Position numbers and translations under genes: made by a program. Below the pieces are notes generated by a model. The model did not search any database. It saw only the letters and a program-made list of their open reading frames with translations, and was not told the origin of the DNA. Below, piece by piece: positions 11,253 through 20,209 of a DNA stretch of 64,000 bases. Positions within the stretch are counted from its first letter, which is position 1, and the number at the start of each line of letters is the position of its first letter. Origin of the DNA: Chloropicon primus (taxonomy: Eukaryota); NCBI GenBank assembly GCA_023205875.1, contig CP060758.1:992001-1056000 (forward strand), given 5' to 3'.

Positions 11253-11617
11253 AGGTGATGGCGTTTGGGTTGGATTGGATTGGGATTGTGTAACAATAGT
11301 AGTAACAACAGAAGTAACAATAGTAACGCGGTGTTCTTGCTCATTAGCTCCTGGAATTGCGAGATGCGTCCAGCGGAGACACTCTGCAAGTCCCTCACCG
11401 AATCTTGTCTCTCCCCGAGTTTCGTTTGTTGATGCGAAGTTCCATGATCGTGGAAGGAAGGTCACCTGAACGACGTTTTTAGGATGGAACGAACGAACGA
11501 ACGAACGATGTGCCGGCGGTCAACGGAGACATACATAGTGTGGTGGAGGAGGATAGAATATTTCAGCTTTAGGATTGCTTTTGGGGGATTAGGATTAGGA
11601 TAGTCTTTAGGATCGGC

Positions 11618-12865
11618 TTAGGAGTCCTGTAGCATCATGTTGACGAGCATTGGATGCCGGATCACTACCTCTTTGGCCTTTCTGTTCTCGGACTCCAGCC
11701 GGCCGGAGCCAACGTTCACGCCGCCTCCTTCTGCGTTCTCCTCGTACCCCTTGCCGATTTTGCAATCGTTATGACTGCAGGACAAGCACCTCAAGCCCCT
11801 TGAACCCTTGGTTGGGATCAAGGGGATCGAGGGGATCTTCTCGATCAAGGCTTTCTCGGACTCAGGTTTCTTTGTACACGGAACACAAAACCAGAAGCCA
11901 ATCGTGTTCTTCAGTTGTGTCATGCCAATTTCCTTGCTCATGTCCCAAAGCTCCTTCTTGTCGACAGACTCCGTCGCTTTCAAGAAGCATCCGAACGAAC
12001 ACCACTGGTTAAAGCCGCTTTTGAATATGAAACGATGGCAGTACCAGCACCAGTTCGACAAGAGGTAATTGGGATTGTGCCCAGCTCGATCACGTTCCTC
12101 CCCAGGAACCGGGGTCAGAGCTCCTGTTTTGACCAAGGGGCACTCAGGGCGACGAAAAGCATCACAGCAGATGCAGCGCAGGGTTTGAGTACCGTCTGTA
12201 GTAGGAACTTGAGGAAGCTCCTCCATCAGCTTCCTTTCTTTGGTCTTCTTCTTCCCTTTCGTGTTGGTCTTGGCCTGTGTCTTCCTTTTCGTGCCAGTGC
12301 TCAAGGGACTGCTGCTGCAAGGTCCACAGGGACATGCGGCGGCATCGAATTTGCGAAGCTCTCTCTCCCTCTCCCCGCCGTCCTTGGCGTCGCTGTCCAC
12401 CAGAATGCAAGGACGACTCCTCTTGCACATGTCACAAGCACAAAGGCATCGAGTATGTGCTGGAGCGGTGTTCGCGGTGCCTGTTGTCCTGGACGACTTG
12501 CGAGAGCATTTATCAGCGCAGGAGCATTTGAAGAAATCTTTTTGAGTCACAGAGATCGCCGTGTTTGGGAAACATTCATTCTCAAACACGACATCGACAT
12601 GTTCTCCCTTTAGTGCATCCGCAAAGTACTCAAAGACTCTGCTCAATGCGTCTTCATCCAAGCCGTGTCCATCACGGTTTTCAAACAACTCGTCCCTCAC
12701 GGAGTGAACGTGGCAGTATTGCCTGTAGGTCTCCAGGAACTCCATGTGCTCCTCGCGAAGAATGACGTCGTAGTTCGCTTCCGTGATGGAACAAGCAGCG
12801 ACGAGCACACGAACTGTGGGTTGGTTCTTCCATGCGCGGACGAGATCACTCGCCCGTTGCTCCAC
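11618..12865 (-). CDS. Cys-rich hypothetical protein (several CxC/CxxC clusters, putative Zn fingers); probably the C-terminal part of the upstream recombinase ORF
   Basis: 415-aa ORF that begins at GTG, not ATG. Motifs CSCADKC, CLCACDMC, CPCGPC, CICCDA, WCWYCH..WCSFGC, FCVPC, CLSCSHNDC. The frame stays open upstream to about 12949, overlapping the recombinase ORF. Confidence 0.55.
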   Translation of the reverse strand: MEQRASDLVRAWKNQPTVRVLVAACSITEANYDVILREEHMEFLETYRQYCHVHSVRDELFENRDGHGLDEDALSRVFEYFADALKGEHVDVVFENECFPNTAISVTQKDFFKCSCADKCSRKSSRTTGTANTAPAHTRCLCACDMCKRSRPCILVDSDAKDGGERERELRKFDAAACPCGPCSSSPLSTGTKRKTQAKTNTKGKKKTKERKLMEELPQVPTTDGTQTLRCICCDAFRRPECPLVKTGALTPVPGEERDRAGHNPNYLLSNWCWYCHRFIFKSGFNQWCSFGCFLKATESVDKKELWDMSKEIGMTQLKNTIGFWFCVPCTKKPESEKALIEKIPSIPLIPTKGSRGLRCLSCSHNDCKIGKGYEENAEGGGVNVGSGRLESENRKAKEVVIRHPMLVNMMLQDS

Positions 12866-13763
12866 AAAGCGCTTTCCAAGAAGATACGAGGAGAAGGGGT
12901 TTCCCGTGCTTCTGCTCCCCCGGCTTCTCCAGATTCTCCAGCTTGTGCCTCAGGACGTGCTCGACGTGTTCGACGAGGAGACAAAGTTCCTCAGAAGTGC
13001 GCTGGTCCGATGCTACAGAACAACGGGTGGCGCCGAACTTGAGCACGTAGTGCGACGCCGAGTACACGGCGTGCCCGTCCGAGGTGCTTGCAGCCTTGCT
13101 CATGTACTTTTTGAGCTCCTCTTTCTTTTCCTCCCCAATCAAAGCTGCTGCATGGGACGTCGGGATGCACGCCAGTATAGAGGCCTGCCCTGCGCGCTCA
13201 GCAAGGTAGTCGAGGTCCTTGTAAGCTTGTGGCCGTCTCGACAATCGCGACAAGGCAGCTACAAGAAGCGCGCAAGGCTCGCCCTTCTCCTTCGCAAGGG
13301 CAAGAGCTTTCGTAAGAACTTTGCGGTCCTTGAGGCATCGCGAGCGGCTGGCGGTCCCAAGCTCCACGAAACGAAATGCTTTCACCTGTTTAGGAAGATC
13401 TTTGCCGAGCAACGCGCTTGAGATCGTGGCCGCCTGACCAGCGAGCTTGTTCCCAAGCCCCTCCCGCGCAAGGGACTCGCGGAGGAAGACGATGCAGTGG
13501 GTCAGTTCTTTCAAGCCCTCAACGCGCTCCAGGTGGACTCCGCCACGGCCTCGGACCACGCGGACCAGGGTCAGCTCCTCAGGCTCGCGAGTTCGCTCCG
13601 CCCGTGTACCCTCGCGTGCAAGGGTGGGCGGCGCGCCAGCTAATTCGTCTGCGAAGCGAAGAGAGGCAATAAGTCCATCCGCATTGAGAAGCGTCGTCGG
13701 ATCCACGTTCTCCTCGATGGCGGCCATCTCCCGCTCCCTATGAGGTCCCGCGGAGGTCGCCAT
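12846..13763 (-). CDS. Serine recombinase (resolvase/IS607 TnpA-like) catalytic-domain protein
   Basis: Ordered motifs IVFLRES (YxRxS-like, Ser codon 13475-13473), LAGQAATI (Q), FVELGTAS (ExxSG-like), DRKVLTKAL (R..L), LLVAALSRLSR (lvv..dRLxR). Likely start is ATG 13763 or 13727. Confidence 0.7.
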   Translation of the reverse strand: MATSAGPHREREMAAIEENVDPTTLLNADGLIASLRFADELAGAPPTLAREGTRAERTREPEELTLVRVVRGRGGVHLERVEGLKELTHCIVFLRESLAREGLGNKLAGQAATISSALLGKDLPKQVKAFRFVELGTASRSRCLKDRKVLTKALALAKEKGEPCALLVAALSRLSRRPQAYKDLDYLAERAGQASILACIPTSHAAALIGEEKKEELKKYMSKAASTSDGHAVYSASHYVLKFGATRCSVASDQRTSEELCLLVEHVEHVLRHKLENLEKPGEQKHGKPLLLVSSWKALCGATGE

Positions 13764-14233
13764 GGCCACTGTGCAAGCGTTGGTGTCCAGGCTTGCCGCA
13801 CGGCTGCCCGCTGCCCTGCAAGTGGGTGAAGACAGAGACATTGGCACCACAATCCTTGGGCGCCACCCGCCATCCTTGGGCGCCACCCACCTGGAGAACC
13901 GCGGCCGGGGTGGCGCCACCAGCCCCTTCTTCACATGACGACCCAGTATTCGTCAGTCTCCTCTTCTTCGTCGGCAAGCAACCCGCGGCCGGAGTATTCC
14001 AGGAGGTAACTCATCGCTTTCTCTCTGGTCGTGGTCTTCTCGTCCCCACTCGTCGGCCGCCTCGTTCGCGGCTCTGGCGTTACGGCGGCTCTCTTTCTCT
14101 CTCCAGCTCCGCCAGGTCACACACCTCGCCGTCCTCCGCCGTTACGATCTCGTTGTGATCCTTCTATAACTAACGTCTCTCACCGAACCATTGTCTCGCG
14201 GAGCAAGAGGAGAGGCGGCTGTTGTTTCGCCGC

Positions 14234-14256
14234 CTCCTCGGTGGGGATTCGAACCC
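14234..14256 (-). pseudogene. Isolated tRNA 3' fragment (T-loop + acceptor 3' strand, Asp-like)
   Basis: Minus strand reads GGGTTCGAATCCCCACCGAGGAG: B-box/T-loop, then a 7-nt acceptor strand CCGAGGA and discriminator G. No matching 5' half nearby. Confidence 0.5.
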
Positions 14257-14259
14257 TAG

Positions 14260-14362
14260 TTCCCAACAACAGGATCGAACTGTTGACCTTCACGTATCTC
14301 ATGGATCGATGCTCGATGCATGCATATTAGCGTGACGCTCTAACCTGCTGAGCTAGTCGGGA
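14260..14362 (-). tRNA. tRNA-Ile(AAT) with a 29-nt intron at canonical position 37/38 (intron 14296-14324)
   Basis: Cloverleaf: acceptor TCCCGAC/GTTGGGA, D arm GCTC..GAGC, anticodon stem TCACG/CGTGA with loop CT-AAT-A^A, T arm AACAG-TTCGATC-CTGTT, discriminator A. Confidence 0.88.
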
Positions 14363-14612
14363 TGTCTTTAACTTTTCTGACTATGAAGAACTCCAAGAGG
14401 AGCACCTCCATCCTCGATGGACTGAGGCATATCCCAAGTATGTCTGACGTGAGTAGTAATCCCCGTGTTGGGGTCTCTGTCAGATGGTGAGAAATGAATG
14501 GAAGGCGTACATATATCGTGTCCTGGGACGAGCAGCTGCCCCGGGCCCCGGGCCACGGCGAGGGCAGAGCGTGAGCAGCAGGAGGAGCTTCGCCCCCCCT
14601 GCCCTGGCCCCC

Positions 14613-16079
14613 ATGTTTCTCCGGAGCAACCTCCACCAGCTGGCAGGCAAGGTGACGGACGTTGCCAGCAATGTCACGACTATTGCGAAGGAGCTGGCCA
14701 CGGAGGTCATGGAGAACGAGAGGGAGTACAAAATAGAGAGGAGGAACAAGGGCCCAGGCCCCTCGCTCCCGGGTTCTTCCGCACCGCTGGTGGAACCACC
14801 GGAGCGCGCCACCGCTTCTTCGTCGTCGGCTTCGAAGCTCGACTCCCTGAAGGAGAGGCTGGAGAGGGACAAGAGCCGCGCCACGAGGCAGCACGAGCTC
14901 CTCGAACGCATTCGGGCGGCCAAGAGGGCTCCACCAGCACCTGCACCAGCACCTGCACCTGCACCAGAACCTTCTCCACCACCAGCACCTGAACCACCAG
15001 AACCTTCTCCACCACCAGCACCTGAACCACCAGAACCTTCTTCTCCATCTTCTCCAGAGCCTCCTCCTCCTCCTCCTCCTCCCCATGATAATCATGCTGC
15101 TGCTGCTGCTGAGGACGTCATCCACAAGCTGGAGCGCAGCCTGTTGGACCTGAACGGGAAGATGTCCCTAAGGGAGACGACTTGGAAGAACCTGGTCGCG
15201 GAGAAGGAGGCCGTGATCTCGTCCCTGTCCTCTCAGCTGGCCTCCCAAACCTCTCAGCTGGCGGACCTCCGCCAGCGGCTGCTGGACCTCCAGGACGACC
15301 AGGACGACCAAATTGCCACCCACCTCGAGGAATCGCTCAGCTCTCTGGCGGAGAAGGACCTCCTGGTGGACTCGCTCAGGTCCGACCTTCTGGCCATGAA
15401 AGCCTCCGTGGACTCGAAGAGCTACGAGATCCTGAACCTGCAGGCCGCCCTGGGGCAGCTGACCGCCGACAGCGAGATGTGCGGCAAGTACAGGAGCGAG
15501 ATCCAGAAGCTGGAGTCCCGCGTGGCGGGCCTGGTGGCGGACTTGAAGGCGGCGGCCGAGGAGAGGGCCTCGAGCGCCGACTCGTCCGAGGCCCTCAGGA
15601 GGGAGGCGGAGAGGGCGAGGGAGGGCAAGGAGGCCATGTTCCAGGAGTCCATCGGCCTCAAGCAGGAGAACATGAAGCTGAGGCAGGCCCTGCAAGAGTG
15701 CCTGGAGCAGATCAAGGGGTCCAACTCGTCGCAGGACGAGGACCACCAGATCGACCGGAGGATCGTGGTGAAGCTCCTGACGACTTACCTTGAGAAGGGC
15801 AGGAAGTGGGAGGTGATGGAGGTGATGGGCGGGATCCTCGGCTTCACGGACGAGGAGAAGGCCAAGATACACCAGCTGGCGACGAAGGGGGTCCTCGGGA
15901 CCGTAGCCAACGTCCCCATCTCCATCGTCAAGGCCCCGTTGTCCATGGCCGGCAACGCCATCGGCCAGGCCAAAGTCCCCGAGTCAGAATCCTCCCTCGG
16001 AGAGCTCTGGATCCAGTTCCTCTCCGACTCCATCGACGACCCCCTCAGCCCCATCAAGAGAAGCACTACTCCTCGGTAA
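14613..16079 (+). CDS. Golgin with C-terminal GRAB/GA1 domain (GMAP210/RUD3/GC3-GC4-like)
   Basis: Coiled coil, Pro-rich linker, IDRRIVVKLLTTYL...ILGFTDEEK, GELWIQFL. Confidence 0.8.
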   Translation: MFLRSNLHQLAGKVTDVASNVTTIAKELATEVMENEREYKIERRNKGPGPSLPGSSAPLVEPPERATASSSSASKLDSLKERLERDKSRATRQHELLERIRAAKRAPPAPAPAPAPAPEPSPPPAPEPPEPSPPPAPEPPEPSSPSSPEPPPPPPPPHDNHAAAAAEDVIHKLERSLLDLNGKMSLRETTWKNLVAEKEAVISSLSSQLASQTSQLADLRQRLLDLQDDQDDQIATHLEESLSSLAEKDLLVDSLRSDLLAMKASVDSKSYEILNLQAALGQLTADSEMCGKYRSEIQKLESRVAGLVADLKAAAEERASSADSSEALRREAERAREGKEAMFQESIGLKQENMKLRQALQECLEQIKGSNSSQDEDHQIDRRIVVKLLTTYLEKGRKWEVMEVMGGILGFTDEEKAKIHQLATKGVLGTVANVPISIVKAPLSMAGNAIGQAKVPESESSLGELWIQFLSDSIDDPLSPIKRSTTPR

Positions 16080-16227
16080 ACGACGATCCAACATACACAT
16101 TGTAACATACAACAAAAATACACCCGGAACACCTCCTTCCTCCTCCTCCTTGCTCCTCCTCGTCCGTGTTCCCCCCATCCACATCCACATCCAAATCCAT
16201 CCAAATCCAAATCCATTCGCCTTCGCC

Positions 16228-19200
16228 ATGGCGTCCTCCTCCTCCTCCTCCAAGAAGGAGAAGGAGAAGGCCTTGAAGGAGGCCCTGCGGGCGCTCGCCC
16301 AGGGGGACGCCGCGTCCGCGGCGGACCTTTGCGTCGGGTTCCTCAAGACGAAGGAGGGCAGGGACAACCCGGACGCTCTCATCTACCTCGGGAAGAGTCA
16401 GTTCCTTCTCAACGAAGGCCGAAAGGCCATCAAGGCGTACAAGGAGGCGACCAGGTTCGAGGAGGAGGGATCCCTGCGGGCGTGGAAGGGCATCGTCGAG
16501 GCCTCTTCGATCTTGCCCTCCTCCTCCGACTCCTCCTCCGTCGTCTCGGTCGTCGCCGAGGCGTTTCAGAACGTGCTGAGCTCCCTGTCTCACCACCATG
16601 CCAAGTGGTACTCCCTCCTCGAGTCGTTCTGGTCCTTCCTGGAGAGGGCGAGGGCGCCCGAGGACCTCGTGAGGGAGGCCAGGAGGGCGGCAGTCGTCAA
16701 GACAGATCTCGAGGGGGACCTGCGGCTGAGGGCGCTCAAGGGGTACTGCGACTATTGCGAGGGAGCTGGGCTGGAAGTGGGCCTGGAGGTCCTGGGGGAG
16801 GTGTACGACAGGACGGAGAGCGGGCCGCCGGGGAGCGCTTCCGAGTACCACCGGCGGTACCTCCGCGGACTCCGGCCGGGGGATCGCGCCAAGCGGGTGG
16901 CCGAGACCCTCGTCCGCGACTTTGAGGAGGACCAGTTCACCACGGAGATCTTGGCCGCTTCGCTTTCCGCTGGACCGCCACCCAGCAACCCCATCGACCT
17001 CGTCTCGGAGGGGCGGTACCCGGCCATGCCCGTGAGCCGAGGCCTGAGGAAGCTCCTTCTCAAGCTGGCGCACCGCCGTCCTTGGCTGGACGAGTCGTGG
17101 CTGAACGTCGCGTGGCTGGCGCTGCAGGAAAGGTCGTACACCTCCACGTCGCCCGGAACTCCCAACTTCCTCGCCCGAGTGCTGAGGAGGCGAGTCCAAG
17201 CCATGTGCGCCAAGGCGGACCCCGAAAAGGTCTCCTCGTTGCACTGGATGGCCCTCTCCCAGATTTTGGCGGAGAGGGATCCGGAAAAGGCGCTCAAGTG
17301 CATCGACAAGTCCATCTCCACCCCCAGCAGCGCCTCGTCCTGCTTCTCCCCCTCGTCGCCCCTCGTCCCGGCCTTGCAGAGGGTGCACAGGGGCATGCTC
17401 CTGTGCACCACGGGCAGGTGGGAGGGGGCCGTGGCCCTGCTCCAGGGCTCGTGCACTGCTGCCGGCACTCCCTTTGGCCTTCTGGCGAAGCGGTGCCTGG
17501 CCAAGGCCCTGATGGCCTTGGGGCGGTGGGAGGAGGCCAGCGGGGTCCTCGCGGGCGTGGCCTCCTCCCACCACAGGTCCCTCTCGGACTTGGGCTGGTG
17601 CCTGCACAAGCTCGGGGGGAGGGAAGAGGAGGCTTGCGAGCTCCTGGAGAGGGCGGCCAGGGGGGGCCAGTCCTCCAGCAAGGACAGGTACCGCCTGGGC
17701 AAGGCCTACTGGCGCAGGGGCGGGCGGTTCAGGGAGGATCGCTCCCTCTCCTACACCAGCTTTCTCAAAGCAGCTTCGGGGGCGGAGCTCGGGGCGGGGG
17801 CGCCCCCGAACGACGTCTCGGAGCTCGAGGAGGTGCGCTCTAAGGCCTTTAGGAGGCTGGGGGATTTCTACGGGGCGGTGGCCAAGGACAAGGCGAGAGC
17901 CCTGAGATGCTACAGGAGGGCCTTGAGCGTCTCCCCAAAGCGGGTTGGGGCGGGAAGGCAGGCCTGCCTGCTGATGCACGAGGGGGGGCAGACCTTGGAG
18001 GCCATCGAGCTGTGCAACCAAGCTCTGGACGACAGCAAGTACGACGAGGAAGTGATGCGGTGGGCTCTCAAGCCCCTGGCCCTCGCCCTGGTCGAGACGA
18101 GGCAGTACCAGCAGGCCCTTCCCGTTTTCCAAAAGGCGATTCGAGCGGCTAAGCAAGACCCTTTTTTCGGGGAGGACGCCAAGCAGCAGTGCTGGGAGGG
18201 TCTCGCCCTGTGCTACCAGGAGACCAAGAGGTACCAATCCGCCATCAAGGCTTATGAGCATGTCTTGGAGTCCGTCAATCCCAAGAGCGCTTTTAGTATG
18301 ATCCAGCTGGGGAAGATCTACTCTGAATTCTTGCTGGACCACCAGGTCTCCCTCCGCATGTTTCGCGGGGCCGAGGATCTCCTCTCCCAGGACTCCCTGG
18401 GGGAGACCGTGCCACCGGTTTCCTCCGGAGCCTGCAAGAGCCTGCTGAACCAGTCAAGGAAGCACACGAGGATCGGGGCGAGAGGTTCCGCTGGCAAATT
18501 GGTCGGGGAGGCCCTGCACTTGCTGGAGTCGACCCGCGGGGGGCAGCACTTGAAAGCCGCAGCCAGCTCGACCTACTGGAAGCTCGTGGGCGACCTGAAC
18601 ATCGAGAGGGTGAAGCTCTCGCGGAACCAAAGCAAGTCGGGGTTGGCCAAACGAGCCAGGAGAGCCTACGCCAAGGTTCTCCACTCCACGCCCTTCTCGT
18701 CAAAGTGCTGGCATGACTTGGCCCTGTCGTTCTACCTCGCGGGGGAGGAGGGCGGGTGCGCGGACAAGGCCAGGGCGAACGCGCTCAGGGGGCTCTCTGT
18801 GAACTCGAAGGACGCCGCATTGTGGGCCGCCATGGGCTTGGTCGCCGAGGGCTCGGAGCCCAAGCTGAAGGAGTACTGCTTCGCGAGGTCTCTCCAGCTG
18901 GACCCCTCGAACGCCGATACTTGGGTGGGCCTCGCCTCGCTTTACCTGAGCAAGGGGGCCGCGGACCTCGCTCAGCAGTGCCTGCAGACAGCCAGGATTC
19001 ACAGGCCCAACTGCCCCGCGGCGTGGGAGTGCGAGGGGGTCCTGAGATGCTCCATGGACGGGACCTTCAACGCTTCCGAAACTTTCGAGTACGCCCAACG
19101 CCTGAGCAACACGCCCTTTGCCAACAAGTGCTACGCCTTGGAAGCCTTGGGGAAGAACGGGGGGAAGAATCTTGAGAAGGCCAAGGTTGCCATAAACTTC

Positions 19201-20121
19201 AGCAGGGAATTCGGCTCGGAAGACTCGCGGAGCCACTTGTGCAGTGGTCTGATCTCAGAACACTTTGGGTGCAACGAGGAGGCCTCCTGCAGCTACAGGA
19301 GGGCCTTGGATCTGCAATCCGCAGAGAGCTTGGAGAGCTTGGAGATCAAGAAAAATCTCGCCAGGGTGCTGCTAAAGTTGGGGGAGGCAGAGGAGGCCCT
19401 CGGCCTTTACAACGCGTTGGCAGCAGACCCCAAATTCACTTGGGACGATTCGAGCCGTATCACCTACTTGCAAGCCAAGTTGGAAACGAGCGGATCATCC
19501 CTTTCGGAGGGGGATTTGGATTTCTCCGCGCTCGCTCGCGTGGACGGCAAAAGCAGCGGCAGCCTGCAGCAGTTTCGCGCCAAGATACAGCTTCGCAAAG
19601 TCTTGGAAACTTCGGGAATCGAGGAGGGGACGAGGCATGCGATGCAACTCACAGGCCAATTCGTGGGGGATGATGAGGCAAAGTCTCTCCTCGCGGTGGA
19701 TTGCTGGCTCATGGTCCTCGTGTGGGCTGTGAAGGCCCAGAGCGGAGTCGACGCGGTTCTCGGACACATGAGGGACTCGCCGCTTTGGTACAAGATGAAG
19801 GATGAGGCCATGAGGCTGCTGGCTTTGGCGCACCGCTCGCTCAGCCATTCAAAGCAGGCTTACAGGTGCCTCGCCAAAGCAGTCCACAACGATCCGCAGG
19901 ACTCAGCATCCTATTCCAGCCTTCTCCACCTGTCTTCCCCTTCCAGCACAGTGAACGCGGAGCAGCTTGAGAGCCTCCTTCGTCTTGAGGACACTGCGCT
20001 GGTTTTCCGATTTCTTCATGGCTTGAGGGCAAGGGACTCGGGGAGCCGCGACGTTCTCGCCAAGCTCGTGCATAAGAATCCAGAGGCCCGACACCTGTGG
20101 AAGATGATCCCTTCTCTCTAA
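16228..20121 (+). CDS. SKI3: Large TPR protein, probable Superkiller 3 (SKI3/TTC37)
   Basis: About 1300 aa of TPR repeats; N-terminal KAIKAYKEA...AWKGIVE, ARALRCYRRAL, RSLQLDPSNADTWVGL. Confidence 0.65.
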   Translation: MASSSSSSKKEKEKALKEALRALAQGDAASAADLCVGFLKTKEGRDNPDALIYLGKSQFLLNEGRKAIKAYKEATRFEEEGSLRAWKGIVEASSILPSSSDSSSVVSVVAEAFQNVLSSLSHHHAKWYSLLESFWSFLERARAPEDLVREARRAAVVKTDLEGDLRLRALKGYCDYCEGAGLEVGLEVLGEVYDRTESGPPGSASEYHRRYLRGLRPGDRAKRVAETLVRDFEEDQFTTEILAASLSAGPPPSNPIDLVSEGRYPAMPVSRGLRKLLLKLAHRRPWLDESWLNVAWLALQERSYTSTSPGTPNFLARVLRRRVQAMCAKADPEKVSSLHWMALSQILAERDPEKALKCIDKSISTPSSASSCFSPSSPLVPALQRVHRGMLLCTTGRWEGAVALLQGSCTAAGTPFGLLAKRCLAKALMALGRWEEASGVLAGVASSHHRSLSDLGWCLHKLGGREEEACELLERAARGGQSSSKDRYRLGKAYWRRGGRFREDRSLSYTSFLKAASGAELGAGAPPNDVSELEEVRSKAFRRLGDFYGAVAKDKARALRCYRRALSVSPKRVGAGRQACLLMHEGGQTLEAIELCNQALDDSKYDEEVMRWALKPLALALVETRQYQQALPVFQKAIRAAKQDPFFGEDAKQQCWEGLALCYQETKRYQSAIKAYEHVLESVNPKSAFSMIQLGKIYSEFLLDHQVSLRMFRGAEDLLSQDSLGETVPPVSSGACKSLLNQSRKHTRIGARGSAGKLVGEALHLLESTRGGQHLKAAASSTYWKLVGDLNIERVKLSRNQSKSGLAKRARRAYAKVLHSTPFSSKCWHDLALSFYLAGEEGGCADKARANALRGLSVNSKDAALWAAMGLVAEGSEPKLKEYCFARSLQLDPSNADTWVGLASLYLSKGAADLAQQCLQTARIHRPNCPAAWECEGVLRCSMDGTFNASETFEYAQRLSNTPFANKCYALEALGKNGGKNLEKAKVAINFSREFGSEDSRSHLCSGLISEHFGCNEEASCSYRRALDLQSAESLESLEIKKNLARVLLKLGEAEEALGLYNALAADPKFTWDDSSRITYLQAKLETSGSSLSEGDLDFSALARVDGKSSGSLQQFRAKIQLRKVLETSGIEEGTRHAMQLTGQFVGDDEAKSLLAVDCWLMVLVWAVKAQSGVDAVLGHMRDSPLWYKMKDEAMRLLALAHRSLSHSKQAYRCLAKAVHNDPQDSASYSSLLHLSSPSSTVNAEQLESLLRLEDTALVFRFLHGLRARDSGSRDVLAKLVHKNPEARHLWKMIPSL

Positions 20122-20209
20122 ACGCAAATCATTCATAAGGACAACAAAATGCTTGTTGTTTATTTATTACTTTTGGTTTGTGGTGATTGTTTCGCCCAGC
20201 CAACCCCAC

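Larger units (their letters stand above)
11388..14197 (-). mobile_element. Putative integrated element carrying a serine recombinase, bounded by imperfect direct repeats
   Basis: AAGTCCCTCACCGAA-TCTTGTCTC (11388-11411) vs ACGTCTCTCACCGAACCATTGTCTC (14173-14197). The segment contains the recombinase-like ORF and lies next to a tRNA gene. Confidence 0.45.

Noticed and set aside
11481..11490. AGGATGGAAC as a duplicated tRNA-Ile T-arm fragment (att scar)
   Set aside because: Only a 9/10 match, and it runs into a (GAAC)n microsatellite.
11618..12865. Cys-rich ORF as a TnpB/Fanzor partner of the recombinase
   Set aside because: No RuvC-I (D-x-G), TSxxC or RDxN motifs are visible.
14160..14259. 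Permuted tRNA gene (3' half before 5' half)
   Set aside because: The sequence after the hairpin (TCCTCTTGCTCC...) gives no D-arm or anticodon arm.
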